Virus record (IMG/VR): IMGVR_UViG_3300046791_000665
DNA from: an uncultured virus (IMG/VR IMGVR_UViG_3300046791_000665)
Lineage: Duplodnaviria; Heunggongvirae; Uroviricota; Caudoviricetes
Reading direction: 5' to 3' (one strand)
DNA length: 34,943 bases
Shown piece after piece: positions 23,187-30,701 of the stretch. Both the position numbers and the translations under genes were made by a program. Within the stretch, counting starts at the first letter, position 1; every line of letters starts with the position of its first letter. Below the pieces are notes generated by a model. It worked only from the letters and a program-made list of their open reading frames with translations, was not told the DNA's origin and did no database searches.

Positions 23187-23525
23187 CTAGTACGCGATCT
23201 CTCCGCTGACCACCCACCGCCCGCGCTGCACATCCACAGTCGGATCGACCTTCTTCAAAAACGTGTGCATCCGCCGCGTCGCCGTGAAGTGCTGGGTCAC
23301 CGCGCCTACAAACGCGTCGCGATCGCTCTCGCCCGCCGCCTTCAACCTCTTCGCCTCAGCCTCCGCTTCCTCCTTCGCCTTCAGGAGGATGCCCATGCGG
23401 TAGATGTTGACGCGCCCGCGCTTCATCTCGGACCGCTCCTCGGCCTTATCCCACTGCACGAGCACGTGCGTGAGTTGGTTCATGAGGCGGGGCAGGTTCA
23501 TCTCGTGGTATGGCAGCTTGGACAT
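23187..23525 (-). CDS. Hypothetical protein
   Basis: Start MSKLPYHE, GGGAGG RBS. Confidence 0.65.
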   Translation of the reverse strand: MSKLPYHEMNLPRLMNQLTHVLVQWDKAEERSEMKRGRVNIYRMGILLKAKEEAEAEAKRLKAAGESDRDAFVGAVTQHFTATRRMHTFLKKVDPTVDVQRGRWVVSGEIAY

Positions 23526-23806
23526 CACGCCCTCCCGTAGCGACGAATCCTGTAGCGTCGCGACCATCGGCTCTCCGGAAAGTTTTCCGGCATGAAATCG
23601 CGAATCGTGTAGGCGTTGCCCGACCCTCCGTAGTACTCGGTGAGCATCGGGCCGCCATGCGTGCGCGCGAAACTGAACTTCTTCCAGCGCGCGGCGTGTC
23701 CGCCCTCGTCGCCTGCTTCCTTCGCTGCCGCGAGCCCGGTGAACTCGTCGATGAGATCGCCTGTCGAGCCGAAGAGGTAGTAGGTCTTTGCCTGAAATTT
23801 AGCCAT
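23525..23806 (-). CDS. Hypothetical protein
   Basis: Start MAKFQAK via TGATG coupling. Confidence 0.6.
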   Translation of the reverse strand: MAKFQAKTYYLFGSTGDLIDEFTGLAAAKEAGDEGGHAARWKKFSFARTHGGPMLTEYYGGSGNAYTIRDFMPENFPESRWSRRYRIRRYGRA

Positions 23807-24132
23807 CAGCCCCACCCCTTCGACGCGTCCTCGAGCTTGCCGAGGAGTTCGCGCGCCGCCTTGACCTCCGACTTCGCGTAGTAGTTCTGGTCGTCGATGT
23901 GATTGCGAATGTTGTCGATCATCCGGTAGACGGCGCCCGACGTGAGCTTCCACCGGTAGCGCAGTTCGTGCCCCGGTCCCCAGGCACCCGGCACCTCATT
24001 CCCGTAGAACTGCGCATCGATCGGGTCGCTGCCGCTCCCCCAACCGAAGAAGATCTGCTTCGCGATCGGGTTCTGCGACTCGACGACGACGCCGCGATCT
24101 CCCTGCTTCTTGACTGTGTAGTACTTCGCCAT
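23806..24132 (-). CDS. Hypothetical protein
   Basis: 108-aa ORF, coupled. Confidence 0.65.
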   Translation of the reverse strand: MAKYYTVKKQGDRGVVVESQNPIAKQIFFGWGSGSDPIDAQFYGNEVPGAWGPGHELRYRWKLTSGAVYRMIDNIRNHIDDQNYYAKSEVKAARELLGKLEDASKGWG

Positions 24133-24134
24133 GA

Positions 24135-24608
24135 CTACTTCTCCGGGCTTACGTAGATTTCGCCGTCATCGCCGACGTACATGTCCGAGGTCCCGAACTT
24201 CTTCGACGCCTCGGTCAGCTTCTCGCCGATCTCGTCGTGCCCACCATAGTCCCGGTCCCAGAAGCCGGTCCCATGTCCGTTCCGGGTCAACCAGAAGTCG
24301 TGCCCGGCGAAATCCATCGCCGTCCCCTCGCTTGAGCGATGGACGCGATGGGTCGCATATTGCGTGAGCGCGGCCCTGTTCTTTTTCATGAAGCGGGCGC
24401 AGTCGCGCTTCATCGACTTCAGCGAGGACGACGCGATGTCCGATCGGCTGTAGTTTCGATCCATCGGCTCGCCGCCGCCGCCCTCGTCCGACTCGTCGTG
24501 CGACGACCAGAGCGCCGCATCGATGTAGCCGCGTACGAAATTGTCGAAGTCCTTGCGCGCCGAGGAGTGCTTGCCCTTAGCGTGAGCACCTGTGCGTCCG
24601 TGACTCAT
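24135..24608 (-). CDS. Conserved phage hypothetical protein (GHDFWLTRNGHG.GFWD family)
   Basis: YIDAALWSS...AGHDFWLTRNGHGTGFWDR...YVGDDG.IY. Confidence 0.75.
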   Translation of the reverse strand: MSHGRTGAHAKGKHSSARKDFDNFVRGYIDAALWSSHDESDEGGGGEPMDRNYSRSDIASSSLKSMKRDCARFMKKNRAALTQYATHRVHRSSEGTAMDFAGHDFWLTRNGHGTGFWDRDYGGHDEIGEKLTEASKKFGTSDMYVGDDGEIYVSPEK

Positions 24609-24874
24609 CAGGCAACCCTCCCCACGTGGTTAACGGAAATCTCGAGCCGCGACGTAACGCTCGCATCCGGATCCTCGTCGTACTCTTCCTCAAGTCCGAC
24701 GGCCTTCGCCCCCGCCTTGCTCCAGCAGAGCACGTCGAGGCTCACTCGTCCAGAAGACGCAGCGAGGCTCACGGCGAAGCCCGCGGCCTCGTCAAAGGTT
24801 TTGAAGACGCGCTGGTGTCCACTCGCGTCGTCGACCGCGTACTCCACGTCCTTGTGTCGCTTGCTGCGGGCCAT
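24608..24874 (-). CDS. Hypothetical protein
   Basis: 88-aa ORF, GAGG RBS. Confidence 0.65.
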   Translation of the reverse strand: MARSKRHKDVEYAVDDASGHQRVFKTFDEAAGFAVSLAASSGRVSLDVLCWSKAGAKAVGLEEEYDEDPDASVTSRLEISVNHVGRVA

Positions 24875-24877
24875 GGT

Positions 24878-25144
24878 CTACCTCACCGGATGAAAGCGGT
24901 TTTTCGAAATCCAGTACCGCGCCAGCTTCTTGTCGAGAATCTTCCCCGCCTTCTCGACGGCCTCGGGGCCGCGCGCTCGGAGCAGCGGGCGGAACGTCGG
25001 GAACTTCTTCTGGTGCCCCCACCCGAGCGTCGCCGGGCAAGTGCCGGTATCGGCCTTGTGCTGCTCGGCTGCGCAACCGCAGTTCGAGCACATGTGTCGA
25101 GGGTGGAATTCGTCCATGTAATCGGCAGCTATCGAGCGAGCCAT
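24878..25144 (-). CDS. Hypothetical protein (CxxCG...H...C)
   Basis: 88-aa ORF, coupled. Confidence 0.65.
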   Translation of the reverse strand: MARSIAADYMDEFHPRHMCSNCGCAAEQHKADTGTCPATLGWGHQKKFPTFRPLLRARGPEAVEKAGKILDKKLARYWISKNRFHPVR

Positions 25145-25434
25145 CAGACTCTCCTCCCGCGCCGGTAACGGGCGACCAGCTTCTTGCCCTCGACGATCGA
25201 CGCGACCCCGTGGCCGTCATCGATTGCCTCCCACGGCGTCCAGGTGCCGGCGACTGCATCGGTCCGGTCGACCCGGATCTTGCCGAAGGAGTCGCCGCGC
25301 GAGTCGATGCGAAACGCGGAGAGCTTGCGCCCCTTCTTGCCGCTGAGGCTCTCGAACGGCACCTTGGCGAAGAGCACGAGGACGCCGCCGCCCTTGTTCT
25401 CCCACTTGTTCAGCTTGAGGGTGTCGTCGTGCAT
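25144..25434 (-). CDS. Hypothetical protein
   Basis: 96-aa ORF, coupled. Confidence 0.65.
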   Translation of the reverse strand: MHDDTLKLNKWENKGGGVLVLFAKVPFESLSGKKGRKLSAFRIDSRGDSFGKIRVDRTDAVAGTWTPWEAIDDGHGVASIVEGKKLVARYRRGRRV

Positions 25435-25653
25435 CTACCGCCTGCTCCGCGGCTTCCGCTGCGCCTCGCGCAGCCCCTTGCGGAGCGTCTTCTCCGCGCT
25501 CTTGAGGAGCGTGAGCGCTTGGTAGATCGGCCCGTACTTCGGGACCGTGGCGTACTCGGCGCGCGCCTTCTCGACGTAGTGCGCCGCCGACTTCAGCTGC
25601 ATCGCTACCGTGTCCAGGTGGCTGTCGAGCTTCGGATTCAGGCTGTCGCTCAT
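25435..25653 (-). CDS. Small helical basic protein
   Basis: 72-aa ORF, GAGGAGG RBS. Confidence 0.65.
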   Translation of the reverse strand: MSDSLNPKLDSHLDTVAMQLKSAAHYVEKARAEYATVPKYGPIYQALTLLKSAEKTLRKGLREAQRKPRSRR

Positions 25654-26078
25654 CGGTGCCTCCTCGTCATCAGATCGAAAATGGCTCGCTCTTCGGCGTT
25701 GGTGAATCCGTAGAGGTGGTAGGACTTCTGCGTGTTTTCGCCCGTGCGGTAGTCGGTATCACCTTCGGTCGTGTACCAGACCCCACGGTGGTAGTACGAC
25801 GACGACGGCTCCATCGCACCGTCGTACTTCATGAACTTGGCCGCCTTCGAGGCGATCGTCTCGCCATCGGCGCGGTCGTACTTGTCGACGGTGATCTCCG
25901 AGCCCTCCTCGTCAACCCAGCCGTGCTCTTCGCCGTAGTCGCCGGCACCGAGGTAGTCCTCGCCCTCGCCCGGCGTGATCGTCGTGTAGGAGACCTTGAT
26001 CAGGCGCTTCCCACCACGCGCGTGGCGTCGCTGTCTGGCCAGCTTCGCGAGCTTCTTATGCCTCGGTGACCGCTTCAT
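25650..26078 (-). CDS. Hypothetical protein with a basic N-terminus
   Basis: 142-aa ORF (EEHGWVDEEG...EPSSS....WYTT...DYRTG...SYHL). Confidence 0.7.
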   Translation of the reverse strand: MKRSPRHKKLAKLARQRRHARGGKRLIKVSYTTITPGEGEDYLGAGDYGEEHGWVDEEGSEITVDKYDRADGETIASKAAKFMKYDGAMEPSSSYYHRGVWYTTEGDTDYRTGENTQKSYHLYGFTNAEERAIFDLMTRRHR

Positions 26079-26236
26079 GCCCGCTCTCCTTCAACCTTTT
26101 TCCGCCAGACCCGAAACGCGGCGCCGACCGCCTCCGCCCGCATCGCCATGACCTCGCAGAGCGCGCGGTCGCGCTCCCTGCGGCCGAAGCGCGCGCCGCA
26201 GGACACCTTCCGCATCTTCACCGCGCGCTTGGCCAC
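26075..26236 (-). CDS. Small basic protein (53 aa)
   Basis: GTG GCC AAG... ending in an ATGA overlap; fills the gap. Confidence 0.45.
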   Translation of the reverse strand: MAKRAVKMRKVSCGARFGRRERDRALCEVMAMRAEAVGAAFRVWRKKVEGERA

Positions 26237-26243
26237 GGGCTAC

Positions 26244-26474
26244 CTACTTTCCGACCGGCACGCCGTCGTGATCGAACTTGATCCCGCGGTGCTTCATGCG
26301 CCGCTCGAGCTTCGCGAGGCTCTTCTCGAGCACGCGCAGCGGCACGTGGTTGCGCTTCCCCGACTGCGCCTCGGTCTCGCCCTTGCGGCGATTGATCAGG
26401 TTGGTGAGGTAGTGCCACTTCTTGATCAGGTACTTCACGGGGCGGAGGTTGCCGCCGGACTTCTTCTTGGCCAT
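26244..26474 (-). CDS. Small basic protein
   Basis: Start MAKKKSGG with GGGAG RBS. Confidence 0.65.
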   Translation of the reverse strand: MAKKKSGGNLRPVKYLIKKWHYLTNLINRRKGETEAQSGKRNHVPLRVLEKSLAKLERRMKHRGIKFDHDGVPVGK

Positions 26475-26499
26475 GTTCGTTGATCTCCCTTTTGTTCCG

Positions 26500-26829
26500 T
26501 TAACGGTGCGGGCCGAATCCGTGGCGTTCGACAGCCATCGCCACGCGCTCGATATCATCGCTGCTCCACTCGGCGTCGGCGTTGCCGCCGGGCCACAGGA
26601 TGTGCTGAATTTCGCGAATTGCCTTCATCGCACCGCCTCTGGTGCCGGAGCGGTACGGTTTCGCGCGCTTCGAGCGGCTCGACGCCGCGCGCTTCTTCGT
26701 CACCACGATGCTCGAGTCGTACCCGTCGTGGTTGACGAGCGAGCGCTTGACGTCGCTCGCATCTGAGCCCTCGTGCCCGAAGACCGTGTCGATCTCCTTA
26801 CCGTGCAGCGTGACTTTCCAAGCGGCCAT
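26500..26829 (-). CDS. Hypothetical protein
   Basis: MAAWKVTLHGKEIDTVF...VKRSLVNHDGYDSSIVV. Confidence 0.7.
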   Translation of the reverse strand: MAAWKVTLHGKEIDTVFGHEGSDASDVKRSLVNHDGYDSSIVVTKKRAASSRSKRAKPYRSGTRGGAMKAIREIQHILWPGGNADAEWSSDDIERVAMAVERHGFGPHR

Positions 26830-27251
26830 CAGTAGCTCCCTGGTCCGCCGCGCTTCGCCATCTTCTCGGCGGCGGCGACGTCCTGAAGATGAGGATTCCC
26901 GCTCCCGTACTTCACCATGACGGCGGCGCCCGCCCTGGTGCGGAACGGCCCGATGCTGTAGCGGTACCACTTGCCGTGCGACCGCTCGGTCGGTGCCTTC
27001 GTCGAGCGAAACATCTCGAAGTTGCCGGGGTGTCCCGTGTCTTCGATTTCCTCCTTCAGCGCACCAACATACCAGCGCCCGATCTTCGAGCGCACGGGAC
27101 GACACAGACGAAGGTGTGCTTCTGACTTCTGTGCAGCGGTAGGCGACTCGGGCAGGCCGTAATTGATGGCGTTGATCGAACGCCCGCGTGAGTCAAGCAG
27201 CACAGCATCATAGCCGTGCGTGCCATGGATCCACTTGACGATGCACTTCAT
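26829..27251 (-). CDS. Hypothetical protein
   Basis: Start MKCIVKW via ATGA overlap; FRS...PT..SHG..Y...IGPFRT. Confidence 0.65.
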   Translation of the reverse strand: MKCIVKWIHGTHGYDAVLLDSRGRSINAINYGLPESPTAAQKSEAHLRLCRPVRSKIGRWYVGALKEEIEDTGHPGNFEMFRSTKAPTERSHGKWYRYSIGPFRTRAGAAVMVKYGSGNPHLQDVAAAEKMAKRGGPGSY

Positions 27252-27559
27252 CGGCGTACTCCTCCCTTTTTCGACCACCAGTGCCCACAGTCCTGACAGT
27301 ACCAGTTCTTGTTATCCGACGAAGACTCGTCGCTCGGCTGGCTCCTGACGTAATCGCCGCCACAGGACGGACAGGGCGTCTTCTGACTACCCTTGTAACA
27401 GGAAGCGACCTCGCGACCGTTTTTCTCAACGGTCACGTAGCCGCCCGTCTTCTTCGAGAGGCGGCACGCCTGCTCGATGGCCTTCTTGAGGCTAGTCGGA
27501 GTGCCGTGATGGAAACGCTTTCTGCCACCGCTCCCACTTTCATAGTGCGTGGTGTACAT
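27248..27559 (-). CDS. Zinc-ribbon protein
   Basis: CPSCGG...WYCQDCGHWW. Confidence 0.65.
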   Translation of the reverse strand: MYTTHYESGSGGRKRFHHGTPTSLKKAIEQACRLSKKTGGYVTVEKNGREVASCYKGSQKTPCPSCGGDYVRSQPSDESSSDNKNWYCQDCGHWWSKKGGVRR

Positions 27560-27807
27560 CAGTTCTCCTCTTTCGATAGAAGCGGCATCCCCGACGGCAC
27601 CGCGAACACCTCGTAGCGCTTGTGCCGCGTCTCGCGCAGGAACACGAATTTGTCGCGCCACTTGTAGACGTTCCAGACCGGCGAGTAGGCGTAGGGCGAC
27701 GGGATCTCCGGGATCCGCGCGATCACGTAGTCGGTGTCCTCGGCCTCGCCGAGCCAGCGGCTCTTGCCGGCGTGGCTCGAGATGACCTTGATGGGTTTCC
27801 AGGACAT
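27559..27807 (-). CDS. Hypothetical protein
   Basis: 82-aa ORF, TGATG coupling. Confidence 0.65.
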   Translation of the reverse strand: MSWKPIKVISSHAGKSRWLGEAEDTDYVIARIPEIPSPYAYSPVWNVYKWRDKFVFLRETRHKRYEVFAVPSGMPLLSKEEN

Positions 27808-28205
27808 CAGCCCATCCTCGTGTGCGTGAACCTCGGCTCCACTTCCCTCACCACCTTGTTCAAGAAGTTGGCGAGGTACTGCGCGATCTTCTCGGGCGGC
27901 GCCGTCTTCGCGCGCAACCGATGCTCGCGCGGCAGCGTCGTGTTGCTCAGCACGACCTTCACCTTACCCCTCGGAGCCGACGCATGCGGGTCGCTCTTGT
28001 CGAAGCCGTAGATCCAGAAGCTCGTGCGGTTGTTCTCCGCCTCGGCTCCGCCGCCCGCTCCGCCGATACCCTCCGGCAAGTTGATGAAGTTCACATAGAC
28101 GTCGGCGTAGGTGTCGCCGAGGCGCGAATAGTTCTCGAGGCGGATCTGTCGATCGCCGATGTCGAGCAGCGAGCGGAGGTAGTCGACGAATTCGGCGGAT
28201 CCCAC
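27807..28205 (-). CDS. Hypothetical protein
   Basis: 132-aa ORF (NFINLPEG...GGGAEAENNR). Confidence 0.65.
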   Translation of the reverse strand: MGSAEFVDYLRSLLDIGDRQIRLENYSRLGDTYADVYVNFINLPEGIGGAGGGAEAENNRTSFWIYGFDKSDPHASAPRGKVKVVLSNTTLPREHRLRAKTAPPEKIAQYLANFLNKVVREVEPRFTHTRMG

Positions 28206-28525
28206 TACGTGTCCTCGTATGGATCAGCCTCGTCGGGCGGGCCGCCGCTCGTGAACCCGCTGTCGATGAGATACTCGTACGCCACCTTCGGCTGAGAGGC
28301 GTGAACGAAACTCGAATTGCTCTTCGCCGCCCACCGCAAACGCTTCATGGCCGGCGTCAGGTCGTCGTAGTCGGGGTTGATCTTGAACTTCTCATGTCCT
28401 GCTGGCACGAGGAATTTAGCATCACGATAGGTGTAGACGCGAGTGACCTTCGCACCCTCCCTGTGTACCATCACCTCGTCGTGTCCATCGACGTACGTGT
28501 ACTCTGTGAACCCGCCGCTCATCAT
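28205..28525 (-). CDS. Hypothetical protein
   Basis: 106-aa ORF, GGGAGG RBS. Confidence 0.65.
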   Translation of the reverse strand: MMSGGFTEYTYVDGHDEVMVHREGAKVTRVYTYRDAKFLVPAGHEKFKINPDYDDLTPAMKRLRWAAKSNSSFVHASQPKVAYEYLIDSGFTSGGPPDEADPYEDT

Positions 28526-28951
28526 CTACCTCCCGTGCCGCAGCTTGCGGATCTGATCCTTCACCCGCTCGGGCCAGTGGGAGTAGAAGCCGCCCGAGAT
28601 CAACGAGCCGTGCGTACCGTACTTCTTCTCGGCCCGTGCGATGATCCGGTTCGCCTCAGCGTCCCGCCCGCGCTGCTTGCGCTCCTTGGCGTAGTGGCTC
28701 CCGCCCTTGCGCTTCAAGCGCTCCATGACGTGTGCGTTGCCGTGGTCAGAGATGAACCAGATGGTGGGAAAGAAGCCTTCGTGCTTCATCTTCGCATCGA
28801 TGCGCTTCCACATCACCGCGCGAGAGACACCCGCCGGCACTTGGAGCCAGAGCTTGTCGTATTGATAAAAGCGCTCGTGATCGTGCGTCGTGACATCGCC
28901 CTCGGTAGGCTCCTCGTTCTCGGAGGTGTAGCCTTCTTCGTCATCGTGCAT
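28526..28951 (-). CDS. Hypothetical protein (first gene of the small-gene block)
   Basis: EPTEGD...M..EGFFP.IWFISDHGN motif plus a basic tail. Confidence 0.7.
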   Translation of the reverse strand: MHDDEEGYTSENEEPTEGDVTTHDHERFYQYDKLWLQVPAGVSRAVMWKRIDAKMKHEGFFPTIWFISDHGNAHVMERLKRKGGSHYAKERKQRGRDAEANRIIARAEKKYGTHGSLISGGFYSHWPERVKDQIRKLRHGR

Positions 28952-28958
28952 GAGAGAT

Positions 28959-28988
28959 AGCCTACTCCTCCCCGCCCCTCCTCCGCAA
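28959..28988 (-). promoter_or_regulatory. Candidate promoter for the 28951-20384 block
   Basis: A-tract, then TTGCGG-18 bp-TAGGCT, ATG 7 nt downstream. Confidence 0.4.
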
Positions 28989-28990
28989 TC

Positions 28991-29063
28991 ACTTTTTTGC
29001 TTGACACGCGATCAGGTTTTTTCACTCGGCTCAGAAACACGATCGCGTGTCAAGCAAAAAAGT
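28991..29063. repeat. Perfect 23-bp inverted repeat with a 27-nt spacer, each arm containing TTGACA
   Basis: ACTTTTTTGCTTGACACGCGATC (28991-29013) / GATCGCGTGTCAAGCAAAAAAGT (29041-29063). Confidence 0.9.
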
Positions 29064-29103
29064 AACTTCCCAAGAGTTAGCTTCTAGCCCACTATCCCTG
29101 GAA

Positions 29104-29367
29104 GTGGACGACGACGCCGCCATCGCCCGCCTGCGCGAGGCTCGCGCGCTGAAGGAGCGGGGGCTCCTCGCCCAGCGCATCGAGACGCTCGAGGCGGCCC
29201 TGCGCGTCGCTCGCGCGGGCCTGCGCGAGCGGGAGACCGACGTGCGCGCGTTCCGCCGCACGCTCCAAGACATCGACATCGCGCTCGCGGCCCTGCTCGT
29301 GGAGGGCGTCGCCGCCGAGATCGTCGCAGATCTGAGGAGGCAGATCGCCGAAGTGCTCGGCGATTAG
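29104..29367 (+). CDS. Small coiled-coil protein (the only internal plus-strand gene)
   Basis: GC3-rich frame VDDDAAIARLREARALKERGLLAQRIETLE...; divergent from the IR; start uncertain (29047 or 29104). Confidence 0.5.
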   Translation: MDDDAAIARLREARALKERGLLAQRIETLEAALRVARAGLRERETDVRAFRRTLQDIDIALAALLVEGVAAEIVADLRRQIAEVLGD

Positions 29368-29369
29368 GG

Positions 29370-29669
29370 TCACCACCTCGCGGTGCACTCCCCGCCGACG
29401 CAGTCCGCCATCCCGCACGACACGCAGACGAACGGCTCGGCGCGCACGCGCTTCGACTGCCCTTGCAGCGTATCTCGATTACGCCCAGGTTGTGCAGTCG
29501 GGCGCGAGAAGTACGCTCGCTTCTTCGCTTCCTTCTCCTTTTCGGAGAAGACGCGCGGATCACGTCTCCACGGATGCTCGGCATTCGGTCGCGGATTGTG
29601 CTTCACCTGCGCTGGCTGCCGCGTGAGCCCTTCATCAGACAGCTTGACGCCCATCAGTTTCCGCACCAC
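29370..29669 (-). CDS. Basic protein with a C-terminal CxxC
   Basis: 99-aa ORF (PNAEHPWRR; CVSCGMADC). Confidence 0.55.
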   Translation of the reverse strand: MVRKLMGVKLSDEGLTRQPAQVKHNPRPNAEHPWRRDPRVFSEKEKEAKKRAYFSRPTAQPGRNRDTLQGQSKRVRAEPFVCVSCGMADCVGGECTARW

Positions 29670-29998
29670 GTGAGCGATTGTGCCGACACCCGGAGGTGGA
29701 ACTTTACGCCGCCGCGTTCCCGCACGATCGGCGCGCTACAGTCCTCACACTGCCGGAAGAATTCGAGGAGCGTGCTGCCGAAGCGAACGACCTGGGGTTT
29801 CTGCTGGACCAGGATGGGCTCCGCACCCTCGCGCCGCCAAACCTCGTACGCGCTCGCGAGGAAGGTCGCACCGCACCAAGGGCACTCGATCACGGTGATT
29901 CGCTCGCCCCCGTGCACGAGGTTCCCCGCCGAGACGCCCTCTGCATCGATAACGCAGTCGCAGGGGAGCGCGGCGAGTCCCACAGTGAAGGCGATCAC
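29654..29998 (-). CDS. Zinc-ribbon protein
   Basis: CDC..CPWCG..CEDC; GTGA overlap start. Confidence 0.55.
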   Translation of the reverse strand: MIAFTVGLAALPCDCVIDAEGVSAGNLVHGGERITVIECPWCGATFLASAYEVWRREGAEPILVQQKPQVVRFGSTLLEFFRQCEDCSAPIVRERGGVKFHLRVSAQSLTWCGN

Positions 29999-30333
29999 GC
30001 GGTCAACTCCCGCCACTGCCGCCCCCACTCCCCCTCGAACGACTCCCCGCCGCGGAAGATCACCGCGACCGCGCTGGCGATCCCCCAGGCCGCGCAGGTC
30101 GCGTTGAACACCTCGAGCGGCATCCGAAAGCGCGCGCCGCCTGGAACCGCACAGTAGGCGGCATCTTCACCGATCTTCAAGAGTCTGATCGATGCGATCT
30201 CCTGCCCCTGCGCGTTCCGGTAGCCGGGAAGCATGAAGCCGTGCGGGATCAGCAGGGCGAGCTTCCGGCGCTCGCGCTCCGGTGCCCTCGCCCGCGACTT
30301 CTCCGCAAACGACGGCTGCAATTTGCGCCGCAC
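29995..30333 (-). CDS. Hypothetical protein
   Basis: ORF directly downstream of the RRM gene; start uncertain. Confidence 0.5.
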   Translation of the reverse strand: MRRKLQPSFAEKSRARAPERERRKLALLIPHGFMLPGYRNAQGQEIASIRLLKIGEDAAYCAVPGGARFRMPLEVFNATCAAWGIASAVAVIFRGGESFEGEWGRQWRELTA

Positions 30334-30334
30334 G

Positions 30335-30634
30335 TCAGCGGCTGCGGCGATCGTCGCGCCCGCCCCGCCGATCGCCGCCACCGCCCTCGCGCTCCTTGGC
30401 GACGTTCACGGTGAGCGTGCGCCCGCCGAAGTCCGACTGGTCGAGCGCCTGGATCGCACCCTTCGCGGCGGTGTCGGAGTCCATCGTCACGAAACCGAAG
30501 CCGCGCAGATGACCGGTCTCCCGATCGGTGATCAGCTTCACCTCCTTGACGACGCCGAACTCGGCGAAGAGGTCGCGGACATCGTCTTCGGTCTTGGAAA
30601 AGGGGAGGTTGCCGACGTAGAGCTTGTTGGACAT
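30335..30634 (-). CDS. RRM (RNP-1) RNA-binding protein with a Gly/Arg-rich tail
   Basis: RNP2 LYVGNL, RNP1 RGFGFVTM, DRETG, GGRTLTVNVAKER. Confidence 0.95.
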   Translation of the reverse strand: MSNKLYVGNLPFSKTEDDVRDLFAEFGVVKEVKLITDRETGHLRGFGFVTMDSDTAAKGAIQALDQSDFGGRTLTVNVAKEREGGGGDRRGGRDDRRSR

Positions 30635-30671
30635 GGCCGAGAAGGCTCCTGGTTGGGGGTGGACTCCTCGG

Positions 30672-30701
30672 ACATTGCCACAGGGGCGGAGCCCGAGTCA
30701 A
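30672..30701 (-). promoter_or_regulatory. Possible promoter for the RRM gene
   Basis: TTGACT-18 bp-CAATGT with TG upstream of the -10. Confidence 0.35.

Noticed and set aside
28991..29063. IS or MITE terminal inverted repeats
   Set aside because: Only 27 nt lie between the arms, with no transposase and no obvious target-site duplication
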